Source: Anaerolineae bacterium (GTDB lineage: Bacteria; Chloroflexota; Anaerolineae; UBA1429). From it: a DNA stretch of 64,000 nucleotides. Positions 27,791 through 35,909 of the stretch are shown piece by piece (positions within the stretch are counted from its first letter, which is position 1; every line of letters begins with the position of its first letter). Position numbers and translations under genes: made by a program. Location: positions 1,728,001-1,792,000 of the forward strand of contig OY776562.1 in NCBI GenBank assembly GCA_963675785.1, written 5' to 3'. The notes beneath the pieces are model-generated. The model worked only from the letters and a program-made list of their open reading frames with translations, searched no databases and was not told where the DNA came from.

Positions 27791-28609
27791 GTGGAAAAGT
27801 TTGCATCGCTTCAAGCGAATCAGGGTGTTAATCCTCTCCCCTACAATCCCTGCAAGCTGCTGGGATTTGAACTCGTTGTGTTGACCGACGGACAGACGGT
27901 CAAGGGCAGTACGGCTAACCGCGAAGTGCTGGCAGTTCTGCTGGGAGGCAAAGCCACCTTTGAGGTGGCCGGCAAGACCTTTGAAAAAGTCGGCGGCCGC
28001 GCCAACGTGTTCGGTGGCAAGCCCTATTCAGTGTACATGCCCGCTGGTGCCGATTACACCATCACTGGCGTAGGCAACGTTCAAATCGCCCTCACCAGCG
28101 CTCCCTCGGACCTTGAGGCAGAGCCCTATGTCATCGCCCCCAGCCAGGTTGCCAACGGCATCTGGGGTGCTGCTAATTTCAAGCGCTACTATCACGAGAT
28201 CCTCACCGGCACCAGCCAGCCTGACCTGCCGGCTCGCCGCCTCATCGTGGGCGAGACCTTTACACCCAGCGGTAACTGGAGCACCTACCCGGCTCACAAG
28301 CACGAGGTAGATAACCTACCCGCCGAAGCCTACATGGAAGAGATGTACTATTTCAGAGTGAATCCGGCCAACGGCATTGGCATTTGCCGCTGGTTCAACG
28401 ATGCTGGCGAAGAGCACAACTTTACCGTGCGCGATAACACCATCCTCATGGCACCCGATGGCTACCATACCGTGGTCAGCACGCCCGGTTACATGACCTA
28501 CTATCTCTGGTTCTTGGCTGGTACGCAGCGCGTTCAGGCCACAGTGGCCGATCCTGTCGCAGGTTGGGTCAACAATACAATACCGATGCTCAAAGAGCTT
28601 GGTTTCTGA
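27791..28609 (+). CDS. IolB/KduI-family cupin isomerase (5-deoxy-glucuronate isomerase-like)
   Basis: 'L.VGET.TP.GNWSTYP.HKHE', 'EE.YYFR', 'GYH.VV..PGY..YYLW.LAG'. Confidence 0.85.
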   Translation: MEKFASLQANQGVNPLPYNPCKLLGFELVVLTDGQTVKGSTANREVLAVLLGGKATFEVAGKTFEKVGGRANVFGGKPYSVYMPAGADYTITGVGNVQIALTSAPSDLEAEPYVIAPSQVANGIWGAANFKRYYHEILTGTSQPDLPARRLIVGETFTPSGNWSTYPAHKHEVDNLPAEAYMEEMYYFRVNPANGIGICRWFNDAGEEHNFTVRDNTILMAPDGYHTVVSTPGYMTYYLWFLAGTQRVQATVADPVAGWVNNTIPMLKELGF

Positions 28610-28618
28610 GGTAAACGC

Positions 28619-29386
28619 ATGAATATCATTGACAAGTTTCGTTTGGATGGCAAGGTTGCACTCGTTACCGGTTGCGGACGCGGCTTAGGCCAGGGCATAG
28701 CTCTAGGCTTGGCTGAAGCCGGTGCCGATATCGCCGGTCTTTACAGCCACACCCAGGGCGATACCCAGGAAAAGGTTGAGGCACTGGGGCACAAATACAT
28801 GCCCATCCAGTGCGACCTGCTTGAGGCTTCAGCCGAAGACCTTCAGGCCGTCGTCAAGTCGGTCGTCGATGAATTCGGCCATCTGGACATTCTGGTGAAC
28901 AACGCTGGCACCATCCGTCGAGCCCCGGCCCTAGATTTTACCGAAAAGGACTGGTACGACGTGCTGCAAATCAATTTGTCGGCGCTGTTCTTCCTATCCC
29001 AGGCGGCGGGCCGTGTGATGGCCGCACAAGGCGGCGGCAAGATCATCAATGTGGCCTCCATGCTTTCTTATCAGGGCGGTGTCACTGTACCCTCGTATAC
29101 CGCTTCCAAGAGCGGCGTAGCTGGCCTAACCCACGCTCTCTGCAACGAGTGGGCTTCCAAGGGCATCAACGTCAACGCCATCGCCCCGGGTTATATGCGC
29201 ACCGATAACACCGCGGCCCTGCAGGCCAATCCCGAGCGCAACAAGGCCATCGTCGAGCGCATTCCCGCTGGCGATTGGGGCACGCCCGATGATCTCAAGG
29301 GTGTGGCTGTGTTCCTGGCTTCAGATGCTTCCAGCTATATGCACGGCACGCTTGTACCGGTTGACGGCGGCTGGCTCTCGCGCTAG
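28619..29386 (+). CDS. kduD: 2-deoxy-D-gluconate 3-dehydrogenase (SDR)
   Basis: TGxxRGLG, NNAGTIRRA, 'ASMLSYQGG..VPSYTASKSG', 'NEWA', 'RIPAG.WG.P.DL.G', 'VDGGWL.R'. Confidence 0.88.
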   Translation: MNIIDKFRLDGKVALVTGCGRGLGQGIALGLAEAGADIAGLYSHTQGDTQEKVEALGHKYMPIQCDLLEASAEDLQAVVKSVVDEFGHLDILVNNAGTIRRAPALDFTEKDWYDVLQINLSALFFLSQAAGRVMAAQGGGKIINVASMLSYQGGVTVPSYTASKSGVAGLTHALCNEWASKGINVNAIAPGYMRTDNTAALQANPERNKAIVERIPAGDWGTPDDLKGVAVFLASDASSYMHGTLVPVDGGWLSR

Positions 29387-29411
29387 AACAACCCAGACAG
29401 TTCAAGCGATA

Positions 29412-29464
29412 CCGTGGATCGCACGGAACCCTGTACACTCGTAGTATGTGCGAGTGTACAGGGT
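29412..29464 (+). other. Intergenic stem-loops without a U-tract
   Basis: CCGTG-gatcg-CACGG, then a 14-bp perfect stem ACCCTGTACACTCG / CGAGTGTACAGGGT, between kduD and the first PL22 gene. Confidence 0.6.
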
Positions 29465-29488
29465 ATATTATTGCAGCAGGGGGAACGC

Positions 29489-30655
29489 ATGATCGGGGAT
29501 ACTTGGCCATCTGAAAAGAGCACCTTCACTGACGAGAAAACCGGACGCACTGTGCAGCGCCTCACTACCACCGGCAACAACGTGCATCTCTATTTCACGG
29601 AGAACTCGTTCGGCGCCAACAAGAACGAGATCATCTTTGTTTCGGATCGAGCCGAGGGTGTGGACAAGCCCCCCGCCGAGAGCCGTATTCGCAATCTCTT
29701 CCGCATGGATCTCGGTACTGGCCTCATCACCCAACTCACTGCTGAATCTCTGGGGGTCGGCTCAGTCACTAAAACGCCAGACAGCCAAATCGTGGTTTAC
29801 GTCACTGGCAACTGTATCAAAAAGCTGGATACGACCACCGGCCAAACCACCGTGCTTTATGAGGAAACCGGCAACTATACCATGGGCTCCCCTTCCATTG
29901 CTTGCAATCGCCGCTATATCGCCTTTGCCCGCAACGAGAAAATCGATATCCACGTAGGCCCCAACTATGCCGGTTTCAAAGAGAGTTTTTATCGCTACAA
30001 GGATGGTCGCATTACCGTGGCCTATCTTGATGGATCGGGTTCTTTTGATGCTTTCAAAGATACCCACTGGGTCGGTCATTTCCAGTTTTGCCCCGATGAC
30101 CCCACCATCGCCACCTTTTGCCACGAGGGCCCCTGGAACCTGGTCACCCAGCGCATCTGGCTGCTCGACTTTTGCTCGCGCGAGGCCAAACCCTGTTATC
30201 GTCAGGAAGAATACGATTCCATCGGTCACGAGTTCTGGACCCAGGATGGTTATGTCTTTTTCGACGACCGCGGCCCCGGCCACGATGGCACCATCACCTC
30301 TGATCGCACGCAGGCCGTAGCCGCTGAGGTGGCTGTCAATCAGAACACCATGGTGCCCTTTGTCGGCCTGGTCGATCGTAACGGTAAGCTCATGCGCAAA
30401 ATCGACATGCCTTTTTACTGCAATCATTATCACGCCAACCCCGATAACACCCTACTAGTCGGCGATGATGTGGATGCTTTGGTGCTCATCGATATCTCCG
30501 GCGAAACGGCCACCCAAGAGCCGCTGATCTACCATGGTACTTCTTGGGGAACCGGCGATGCGCATTGCCATCCCACCTGGAGTTGGGACGGTTCGCGCGT
30601 TCTCTACGCTTCGGACAAGGGCGGCAAAATCAACCTTTATATGATCGAACCTTAG
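29489..30655 (+). CDS. Oligogalacturonate lyase family (PL22, Ogl-like), copy 1
   Basis: 'F.D.KTG..V.RLT', 'HLYFTENSF', 'FCHEGPW.LV.QRIW', 'GHEFW', 'HCHPTWS.DG..VLYASDKGG..NLY'. Confidence 0.85.
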   Translation: MIGDTWPSEKSTFTDEKTGRTVQRLTTTGNNVHLYFTENSFGANKNEIIFVSDRAEGVDKPPAESRIRNLFRMDLGTGLITQLTAESLGVGSVTKTPDSQIVVYVTGNCIKKLDTTTGQTTVLYEETGNYTMGSPSIACNRRYIAFARNEKIDIHVGPNYAGFKESFYRYKDGRITVAYLDGSGSFDAFKDTHWVGHFQFCPDDPTIATFCHEGPWNLVTQRIWLLDFCSREAKPCYRQEEYDSIGHEFWTQDGYVFFDDRGPGHDGTITSDRTQAVAAEVAVNQNTMVPFVGLVDRNGKLMRKIDMPFYCNHYHANPDNTLLVGDDVDALVLIDISGETATQEPLIYHGTSWGTGDAHCHPTWSWDGSRVLYASDKGGKINLYMIEP

Positions 30656-30752
30656 AAATAGGGTGACTTTTTCGGCCCGCGGAGTGGACAGTGGCCAGTT
30701 TTCGCGTTAGAACAACCGCAAGGCACTATCAGACCTTGTGCAGGAGGATTGA

Positions 30753-31919
30753 ATGATTGGAGATACCTGGGCTTCTGAAAAAAGCACCTTTATCGATGAA
30801 AAAACTGGGCGTACAATCCAGCGCCTTACCAAAACCGGTAATAATGTGCATCTTTACTTTACCGAGAACTCGTTCGATGCGAACAAAAACGCGATCATCT
30901 TTACTTCTGATCGCGCTTCGGGCCAGGACAAGGATCCAGCGGATGATCCCATCTACAACCTGTTCCGCATGAACCTGGACAGTGGCGAAATAACCCAACT
31001 GACCGATGAGCCTAATGGCATCCGCACGGTCACCAAAACGCCCGATAGCGGGATCGTCGTCTATGCCGCTGATAATCGCATCAAAAAGCTGGACACCCTT
31101 ACCGGCAAGACGACAGTGCTCTATGAAGAAGCGGGCAACTATGAGATTGGGCACCCCTCCATCGCTAGCAACCGTCGCTATGTCGCCTTTGTCCGCAACG
31201 AAGATATCAAGGTGAAACGCGGCGCAAACTATAGTGGTTTCAAAGACAGCTACTACCGTGTCAAAGACGGTCGCATCACCGTGGCCTACCTCGATGGCTC
31301 TGGTTCCTTTGACATTTTCAAAGACACTCACTGGCTGAATCACTTTCAGTTCTGTCCGGATGATCCCACCATTGCGTCCTTCTGCCACGAGGGCCCCTGG
31401 AACCTGGTCACTCAGCGCATCTGGTTGCTTGATTTCTGCTCAGGCGAAGCCAAACCCTGTTACCGTCAGGAAGAGTATGATTCCATCGGCCACGAGTTCT
31501 GGACCCAGGACAGCTATGTCTTTTTCGATGATCGTGGCCCCGGTCACGATGGCACCATCACCTCCGATCGCACCCAGGCCGTAGCCGCCGATATCGCCGT
31601 CAATGAGAACGATATGGTTCCCTTTGTCGGTTTGATTGATCGCAAGGGTAAGCTCGTGCGCCGTATCGATATGCCTTTTTACTGCAACCATTATCACGCC
31701 AATCCCGATAACAGTGTCTTGGTCGGCGATGATGTAGATACCTTGGTGCTCATCGATATCTCGGGCGAACAGGCCACGTTGGAAACATTGCTCTATCACG
31801 GCACATCCTGGCACACCCAAAGCGCTCATTGCCACCCCACTTGGAGTTGGGATGGTTCGCGCATCCTCTATGCTTCAGACAAGGGTGGGCGTGTCAACCT
31901 TTATATGGTCGAACTCTGA
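30753..31919 (+). CDS. Oligogalacturonate lyase family (PL22), copy 2
   Basis: 388 aa, same motifs; RBS AGGAGG. Confidence 0.85.
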   Translation: MIGDTWASEKSTFIDEKTGRTIQRLTKTGNNVHLYFTENSFDANKNAIIFTSDRASGQDKDPADDPIYNLFRMNLDSGEITQLTDEPNGIRTVTKTPDSGIVVYAADNRIKKLDTLTGKTTVLYEEAGNYEIGHPSIASNRRYVAFVRNEDIKVKRGANYSGFKDSYYRVKDGRITVAYLDGSGSFDIFKDTHWLNHFQFCPDDPTIASFCHEGPWNLVTQRIWLLDFCSGEAKPCYRQEEYDSIGHEFWTQDSYVFFDDRGPGHDGTITSDRTQAVAADIAVNENDMVPFVGLIDRKGKLVRRIDMPFYCNHYHANPDNSVLVGDDVDTLVLIDISGEQATLETLLYHGTSWHTQSAHCHPTWSWDGSRILYASDKGGRVNLYMVEL

Positions 31920-31990
31920 TACTTTTCTGGATATTCCCTCAATCGAGAGGGTTGTCCTTTTACAAATCGTTTGGAACACAGGAGGATTGA

Positions 31991-33157
31991 ATGATCGGCG
32001 ATACTTGGGCATCTGAGAAGAGCAGCTTTGTCGACGAAAAGACCGGCCGTACCGTCCAACGCCTCACCATGACCGGTAACAACGTGCATCTTTATTTCAC
32101 CGAGAACTCGTTCGATGCCAACAAGAATGAAATCATCTTTATCTCCGACCGAGCTTCGGGCGAAGACAAGGATCCGGTGGATGATCCCATCTACAACCTG
32201 TTCCGCATGGATCTGGACAGCGGCACCATCACGCAGCTCACCGACGAGCCCCGCGGCATTGGCTCGGTCACCAAAACGCCCGATAGCGAGATTGTGGTCT
32301 TTGCCTCAAATGGCAAGATTAAAAAGCTGGATACCACCACAGGTGAAATCATTGTGCTCTATGAGGAAAAAGGCAATTATAGCGTGGGCGCGCCATCCAT
32401 CGCTTGCAACCGTCGTTACATTGCCTTTGCTCGCGATGAAAAAGTCGATGTGGCGCGCGGCCCCAACTATACCGGCTTCAAAGAGAGCTTTTACCGCATC
32501 AAGGACGGTCGCATTACCGTAGCTTACCTCGACGGTTCTGGCTCCTTTGATGCCTTCAAAGACACCCACTGGGTCGGCCATTTCCAGTTCTGTCCAGATG
32601 ACCCCACCATCGCCACCTTCTGCCATGAGGGGCCCTGGAACTTGGTCACCCAGCGTATCTGGTTGCTCGATTTCTGCTCGGGAGAAGCCAAGCCCTGCTA
32701 CCGCCAAGAAGAGTATGATTCCATCGGCCACGAATTCTGGACACAGGATGGCTATGTCTTTTTTGATGACCGCGGCCCCGGCCATGACGGTACTATCACC
32801 TCATCCCGCACCCAGGCTGTCGCCACCGATATCGCCGTCAACGAGAACGACATGGTTCCCTTTGTCGGTTTGATGGACCGCAAGGGCAAGCTTATTCGCA
32901 AAATCGATATGCCCTATTACTGCAACCATTATCATGCCAATCCCGATAACAGCGTTCTGGTCGGCGATGACGTAGATGCGCTGGTGCTTATCGACATCTC
33001 GGGGGAAGAAGCAACGCAAGAGACCCTGGTGTACCACGGCACCTCTTGGCACACCCAGAGTTCTCATTGTCACCCCACCTGGAGTTGGGATGGCTCACGC
33101 ATTCTCTACGCCTCAGACAAGGGCGGGCGCGTCAATCTTTACATGGTAGAACTCTAG
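31991..33157 (+). CDS. Oligogalacturonate lyase family (PL22), copy 3
   Basis: 388 aa, same motifs; upstream CAGGAGGATTGAATG identical to copy 2. Confidence 0.85.
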   Translation: MIGDTWASEKSSFVDEKTGRTVQRLTMTGNNVHLYFTENSFDANKNEIIFISDRASGEDKDPVDDPIYNLFRMDLDSGTITQLTDEPRGIGSVTKTPDSEIVVFASNGKIKKLDTTTGEIIVLYEEKGNYSVGAPSIACNRRYIAFARDEKVDVARGPNYTGFKESFYRIKDGRITVAYLDGSGSFDAFKDTHWVGHFQFCPDDPTIATFCHEGPWNLVTQRIWLLDFCSGEAKPCYRQEEYDSIGHEFWTQDGYVFFDDRGPGHDGTITSSRTQAVATDIAVNENDMVPFVGLMDRKGKLIRKIDMPYYCNHYHANPDNSVLVGDDVDALVLIDISGEEATQETLVYHGTSWHTQSSHCHPTWSWDGSRILYASDKGGRVNLYMVEL

Positions 33158-33164
33158 TACGAAT

Positions 33165-33200
33165 GGGCATCTCTTTGTTCACCAAAGGGATGCCTTTTTC
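33165..33200 (+). terminator. Internal terminator/attenuator between PL22 copies 3 and 4
   Basis: GGGCATCTCTTTG-ttcac-CAAAGGGATGCCT followed by TTTTC. Confidence 0.7.
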
Positions 33201-33229
33201 TTAATATGACTGCGACGTAGGAGAAATTG

Positions 33230-34396
33230 ATGATCGGTGACACCTGGGCATCTGAAAAGAGTACCTTCGTCGATAAAAAGACCGGTCGCACTGTGCACAA
33301 GCTCACTGCCACTGGTAACAATGTGCATCTTTACTTTACCGAGAACTCGTTCGACGCCAACAAAAACGAGATCATCTTTCTTTCTGACCGAGCTTCGGGT
33401 GAAGACAAACCACCAGAGGAAGAGACCCATTACAATCTATTCCGCATGGACCTGGCCACTGGTGAAATGACCCAGTTGACTGACGAACCTCAAAAGGTCA
33501 AGTCAGTCACCAAAACGCCCGATAGCGAGATTATCGCCTATGCCACCAATGGCTCGATTAGAAGGCTAGACACCACTACCGGCGAGATCATTACAATCTA
33601 TGAGCGGGATGCTAGATATCGTGTGAGCGGGCTCTCAATCGCCTGCAACCGACGTTATGTGGCCTTTGCCCGCAATGAATTCCTAAACATCGCCTTTGGC
33701 CCCAATTATGCCGGTTTCAAAGACAACTACTACCGCACCAAGGATGGTCGCGTTACCATGGCCTACCTCGATGGTTCGGGGTATTTGGATGTACTCAAGG
33801 ACACCCACCAGGTCGGTCATTTTCAATTTTGCCCGGACGACCCCACTCTTGCTACATTCTGCCATGAGGGTCCCTGGAACTTGGTTACCCAGCGTATCTG
33901 GTTCCTCGATTTCTGCTCCCGAGAGGCTACACCCTGCTATCGTCAAGAAGAGTATGATTCCATCGGCCACGAGTTCTGGACACAGGACGGCTATGTCTTT
34001 TTTGATGACCGCGGCCCCGGCCATGACGGTACTATCACCTCATCCCGCACCCAGGCTGTCGCTACCGATATCGCCGTCAACGAGAACGACATGGTTCCCT
34101 TTGTCGGTTTGATGGACCGCAAGGGCAGGCTTATTCGCAAAATCGATATGCCCTATTACTGCAACCACTATCATGCCAATCCCGATAATAGTGTGCTGGT
34201 CGGTGATGATGTGGATGCGCTGGTGCTTATCGACATCTCTGGTGAAAAGGCTACCCTGGAACCGCTAGCCTACCACGGCACCTCCTGGGCGATGCAGACA
34301 TCTCATTGTCACCCCACCTGGAGCTGGGATGGCTCGCGCATTCTCTACGCTTCGGACAAGGGTGGGCGCGCCAATCTTTACATGATCGAACTTTAG
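33230..34396 (+). CDS. Oligogalacturonate lyase family (PL22), copy 4
   Basis: 388 aa from ATG 33230; same motifs. Confidence 0.85.
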   Translation: MIGDTWASEKSTFVDKKTGRTVHKLTATGNNVHLYFTENSFDANKNEIIFLSDRASGEDKPPEEETHYNLFRMDLATGEMTQLTDEPQKVKSVTKTPDSEIIAYATNGSIRRLDTTTGEIITIYERDARYRVSGLSIACNRRYVAFARNEFLNIAFGPNYAGFKDNYYRTKDGRVTMAYLDGSGYLDVLKDTHQVGHFQFCPDDPTLATFCHEGPWNLVTQRIWFLDFCSREATPCYRQEEYDSIGHEFWTQDGYVFFDDRGPGHDGTITSSRTQAVATDIAVNENDMVPFVGLMDRKGRLIRKIDMPYYCNHYHANPDNSVLVGDDVDALVLIDISGEKATLEPLAYHGTSWAMQTSHCHPTWSWDGSRILYASDKGGRANLYMIEL

Positions 34397-34404
34397 AACC
34401 ATGG

Positions 34405-34432
34405 GGGTGTTGTCTTTGAGCAACGCCCTTTT
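34405..34432 (+). terminator. Weak internal terminator after PL22 copy 4
   Basis: GGGTGTTG-loop-CAACGCCC followed by TTTT. Confidence 0.5.
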
Positions 34433-34450
34433 CCCAAAAGGAGGCAGCTC

Positions 34451-35872
34451 GTGGCAGACAGCAGAATCGGTTTGTTGGGCATTGGTTTAGATACCTATTG
34501 GCCGCAGTTCACCGGCCTTTTGCCAAAACTGCAGGGCTATCAAGCTCATATCCATGCGCGGCTAGAAAACCTGGGCGTGCAGCTCACCGATGTAGGTATG
34601 GTCGATTCGCCAGAAAAAGCCCTCATCGCAGCCGAAACGCTGCGTGCCGCCGATGTCGATCTCATTCTGCTCTATGTCAGCACCTATGCTCTCAGTTCCA
34701 CCGTGCTGCCCATCGCTCAGCGCACAAATAAGCCCATCATCGTCCTCAACCTGCAGCCCACCGCTTGCCTCGATTACGAATCATTCAACGCACTGGGCGA
34801 CCGCGGCCTCATGACCGGCGAGTGGCTGGGTTATTGCCAATCCTGCAGCGCCCCCGAGATCGCTTCGGTCTTTAACCGCGCTGGCATCGACTATCATCTA
34901 GTCACTGGCACCCTGGATGACCCCGAGGCTTGGGGCGAAATCGAGCGTTGGATCGCCGCTGCTGGTTTGGCTCGCGCTACGCGCAACAACCGCGTAGGCA
35001 TTCTGGGCCACTATTACAACGGTATGCTCGATATCTACAGCGACATGACCCAACAGGCCGCGGCTCTGGGCTGTCATTTCGAAATCTTGGAGATGGACGA
35101 ACTAGCCGCCCTGCGCGAGGCCGTTACGCTACCTCAAGTACGAGCCAAGCTGGCCCAATTCCAGCGCGATTTCGAGGTTTTGCCTGAATGCAGCACCTAC
35201 GAGCTGGAACGCGCCGCCCGCACCTCTTGCGCTCTCGACGCCCTGGTCGAACAGCATCGGCTGGGTTCTATGGCATATTACTATGAGGGCACGCCGGGCA
35301 GCGTTCACGAGGATATCGTCACCTCGGTCATCGCGGGCAACACCCTACTCACGGCCAATCACGTACCTGTGGCCGGTGAGTGCGATATCAAGAACGTGCA
35401 GGCCATGAAGATACTCGACCTGCTGGGCGTCGGCGGCAGCTTTTCCGAGTTCTACTTGATGGATCTGGAGGATGACATCGTCATGCTGGGTCACGATGGC
35501 CCCGGCCATCCCGTTATCGCTGAGGGGCGTGTGCGTTTGGTGCCGCTGCCTCTCTACCACGGCAAGCCCGGCAAGGGCCTCTCCATCCAAATGCGCGTCC
35601 AGAACGGCCCCGTCACCTTGCTGGCTCTCACCCAAAACCGTCAGGGGCAGATGAGCCTGCTCACTGCTGAGGGCGATTCAGTGGCCGGCCCCATTTTGGA
35701 GATCGGCAATACGAACAGCCGCTATCGCTTTACTAGTGGCGCCAAGGCCTTTATCAACGCCTGGTGCGAACAAGGTCCGGCTCACCACTGTGCCATCGGC
35801 GTCGGCCATCACGCCGATACGCTAAAGAAACTGGCAGCCCTATTGGGTCTGCCCTATATCCGTATTTGCTAG
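34451..35872 (+). CDS. L-fucose/L-arabinose isomerase family protein
   Basis: 'GIGLDTYWPQF', 'GHYYNGMLDIYSD', 'PVAGECD', 'SFSEFY', 'LGHDGPGH', 'GPAHHCAIGVGH'. Confidence 0.85.
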   Translation: MADSRIGLLGIGLDTYWPQFTGLLPKLQGYQAHIHARLENLGVQLTDVGMVDSPEKALIAAETLRAADVDLILLYVSTYALSSTVLPIAQRTNKPIIVLNLQPTACLDYESFNALGDRGLMTGEWLGYCQSCSAPEIASVFNRAGIDYHLVTGTLDDPEAWGEIERWIAAAGLARATRNNRVGILGHYYNGMLDIYSDMTQQAAALGCHFEILEMDELAALREAVTLPQVRAKLAQFQRDFEVLPECSTYELERAARTSCALDALVEQHRLGSMAYYYEGTPGSVHEDIVTSVIAGNTLLTANHVPVAGECDIKNVQAMKILDLLGVGGSFSEFYLMDLEDDIVMLGHDGPGHPVIAEGRVRLVPLPLYHGKPGKGLSIQMRVQNGPVTLLALTQNRQGQMSLLTAEGDSVAGPILEIGNTNSRYRFTSGAKAFINAWCEQGPAHHCAIGVGHHADTLKKLAALLGLPYIRIC

Positions 35873-35909
35873 ACGATTGAAAACTGCGCCACGGCGCACA
35901 AGGAGAATT

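Noticed and set aside
29489-34396. Invertase/shufflon or DGR-driven cassette system in the PL22 array
   Set aside because: All copies are complete and co-oriented with their own RBS; no recombinase, inverted recombination sites or RT seen.
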